From Lama glama (lineage: Eukaryota): a stretch of DNA of 64,000 bases. Position 1 is the first letter of the stretch. Each line of letters starts with the position of its first letter. The stretch covers positions 14,572,001-14,636,000 of the forward strand of contig CM052816.1 of the NCBI GenBank assembly GCA_028534125.1, written 5' to 3'. A model generated the notes under the pieces. That model had not been told where the DNA came from. It was given only the letters and a program-made list of their open reading frames with translations, and ran no database searches. Of this stretch, positions 62,897 to 64,000 are shown one piece after another. Both the position numbers and the translations under genes were made by a program.

Positions 62897-63706
62897 GCAA
62901 TAATCAATCTGCGAAATGAAACCAGTCCTTCAGGCGAGAAAAGCAGGCTGTGCGCCTCCGCACAGTGTTCCCAGGGCCCTGCGTCCACCCCTGGCGACTG
63001 TGGCTCCCTTCCTGGCTGCGCGCCCGCCAGGGGTCCTTTAGCTGTGCGCGACGAAGCTGTGACCCCGGGATCTGGCACCCGCGTGCTGCAGGGCCTGCGG
63101 AGCAGTCCGTACCCGACCACCCCACACTCTCCCTCCACCCCCGCCAGCCGGTACGACACAAGCGGGTCCTTCTCGGTGCTCCCACACCCTGCCTCGGCAG
63201 GTTTGCCCACCGGTCTCAAGTGCACAGAGTTCTCGCTTGCATCTGTTCGCACATCCTGACTCGACGCTCGGAATTGGCCCGGGGGGTCGTCTGCACAGGG
63301 CAGCGGGCATTTCCCCAAAGCCTGGTGGTTGAGGGGGTGGGCACTTGTCCAGCGACGTCGGCTCGCCTCCCCTCAATCACGACCGCCTTCCCGGAGGAGG
63401 GGACGGCCGCGGAGCCGAGAACGGGGCAAGAAAGTGGCTCGACAGATGGGGAGTGGGAGGTTCTTCCCAGCATATGGGGCCGCGTAGGCGGAAGGAGTCT
63501 GGGCCGGGCGTGGGGGAGGGGGCACAGGGCTGCGGAGACGGTCCTTGGAGCCGGGACGCGCGCCGGAGTCGGGGTGGGCGTGTGAACGGGACGGATAGGG
63601 GAGGAGGTAACCCCCCAAAACTGGGGGCGGGAGAGTGGGGGCGGCTTTGGATGCGCTCACCCCCGAGCCTGCGGAGCGCGCAGCACGCCGAGCGCCTTGC
63701 GCAAGG

Positions 63707-63720
63707 GCGCCCCCTGATGG
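63707..63720 (-). promoter_or_regulatory. CTCF motif
   Basis: Reverse complement CCATCAGGGGGCGC. Confidence 0.6.
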
Positions 63721-63779
63721 CTCCTCTCGCGTCAGACACGGTTTCCATTTTCTTCCCTAATCAGTTTACAAAATCATGG

Positions 63780-63915
63780 AGAGCTTACTAAAAGCCAGGC
63801 GCTTGGCTGAGATCTTTGGAGGATACTACCGTGACCATTTTTCAGCTAAGGGAATGGAGGCCCAGAGAGGTTATACCGCTAGACGTGGGTGGCAAAAGCC
63901 AGGATTCCAACCCAT
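63780..63915 (-). mobile_element. MIR SINE
   Basis: ccatttttcagctaagggaatggaggcccagagaggtta...aggattccaaccc. Confidence 0.7.
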
Positions 63916-64000
63916 GCATTCATTCACTTCACAGTTGAGAAATCCCTACTGTGTGCTGAGGGCTGGGGTAACTGCAGTGTACCGAAGACCCACAGGTTCC

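Larger units (their letters stand above)
62840..63745. promoter_or_regulatory. CpG island
   Basis: About 900 bp of high GC with dense CpG, unlike the CpG-depleted remainder. Confidence 0.85.

Noticed and set aside
62821..63791. Several overlapping ORFs in the CpG island
   Set aside because: Stop-codon scarcity in GC-rich DNA; open in many frames with no recognisable protein
1..64000. CRISPR arrays, tRNA/rRNA genes, prokaryotic systems
   Set aside because: Mammalian repeat content, no regularly spaced repeat-spacer units, no recognisable structural RNA genes

Overview
This is eutherian mammalian genomic DNA, fairly GC-rich and dense in ancient repeats (MIR, L2, hAT-type MER5/ORSL, MaLR LTRs, old L1M fragments). 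I see no Alu, B1/B2, Bov or Can SINEs. One younger 5'-truncated L1 has a 3' UTR that looks cetartiodactyl (camelid-like) from memory, so the species is an inference. No recognisable intact protein-coding gene, tRNA, rRNA or CRISPR array is present, and the long ORFs in the track overlap repeats or low-complexity DNA. The most interesting signal is a set of + strand exon-like segments with splice sites (3016-3136, 6508-6680, 7156-7942, possibly 9611-~9831, 11278-11528, 19379-19499). The first three join in phase and encode a Pro/Ser-rich disordered protein interrupted by a frameshift and a nonsense codon, suggesting a lineage-specific unitary pseudogene or unannotated gene that I cannot name. 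The rest looks like a regulatory landscape: repeat-free AT-rich enhancer-like blocks, RFX X-boxes, CTCF motifs, and a CpG island with a strong Z-DNA tract at the right end. Repeat boundaries are approximate and family names come from recalled consensus sequences, not a search.
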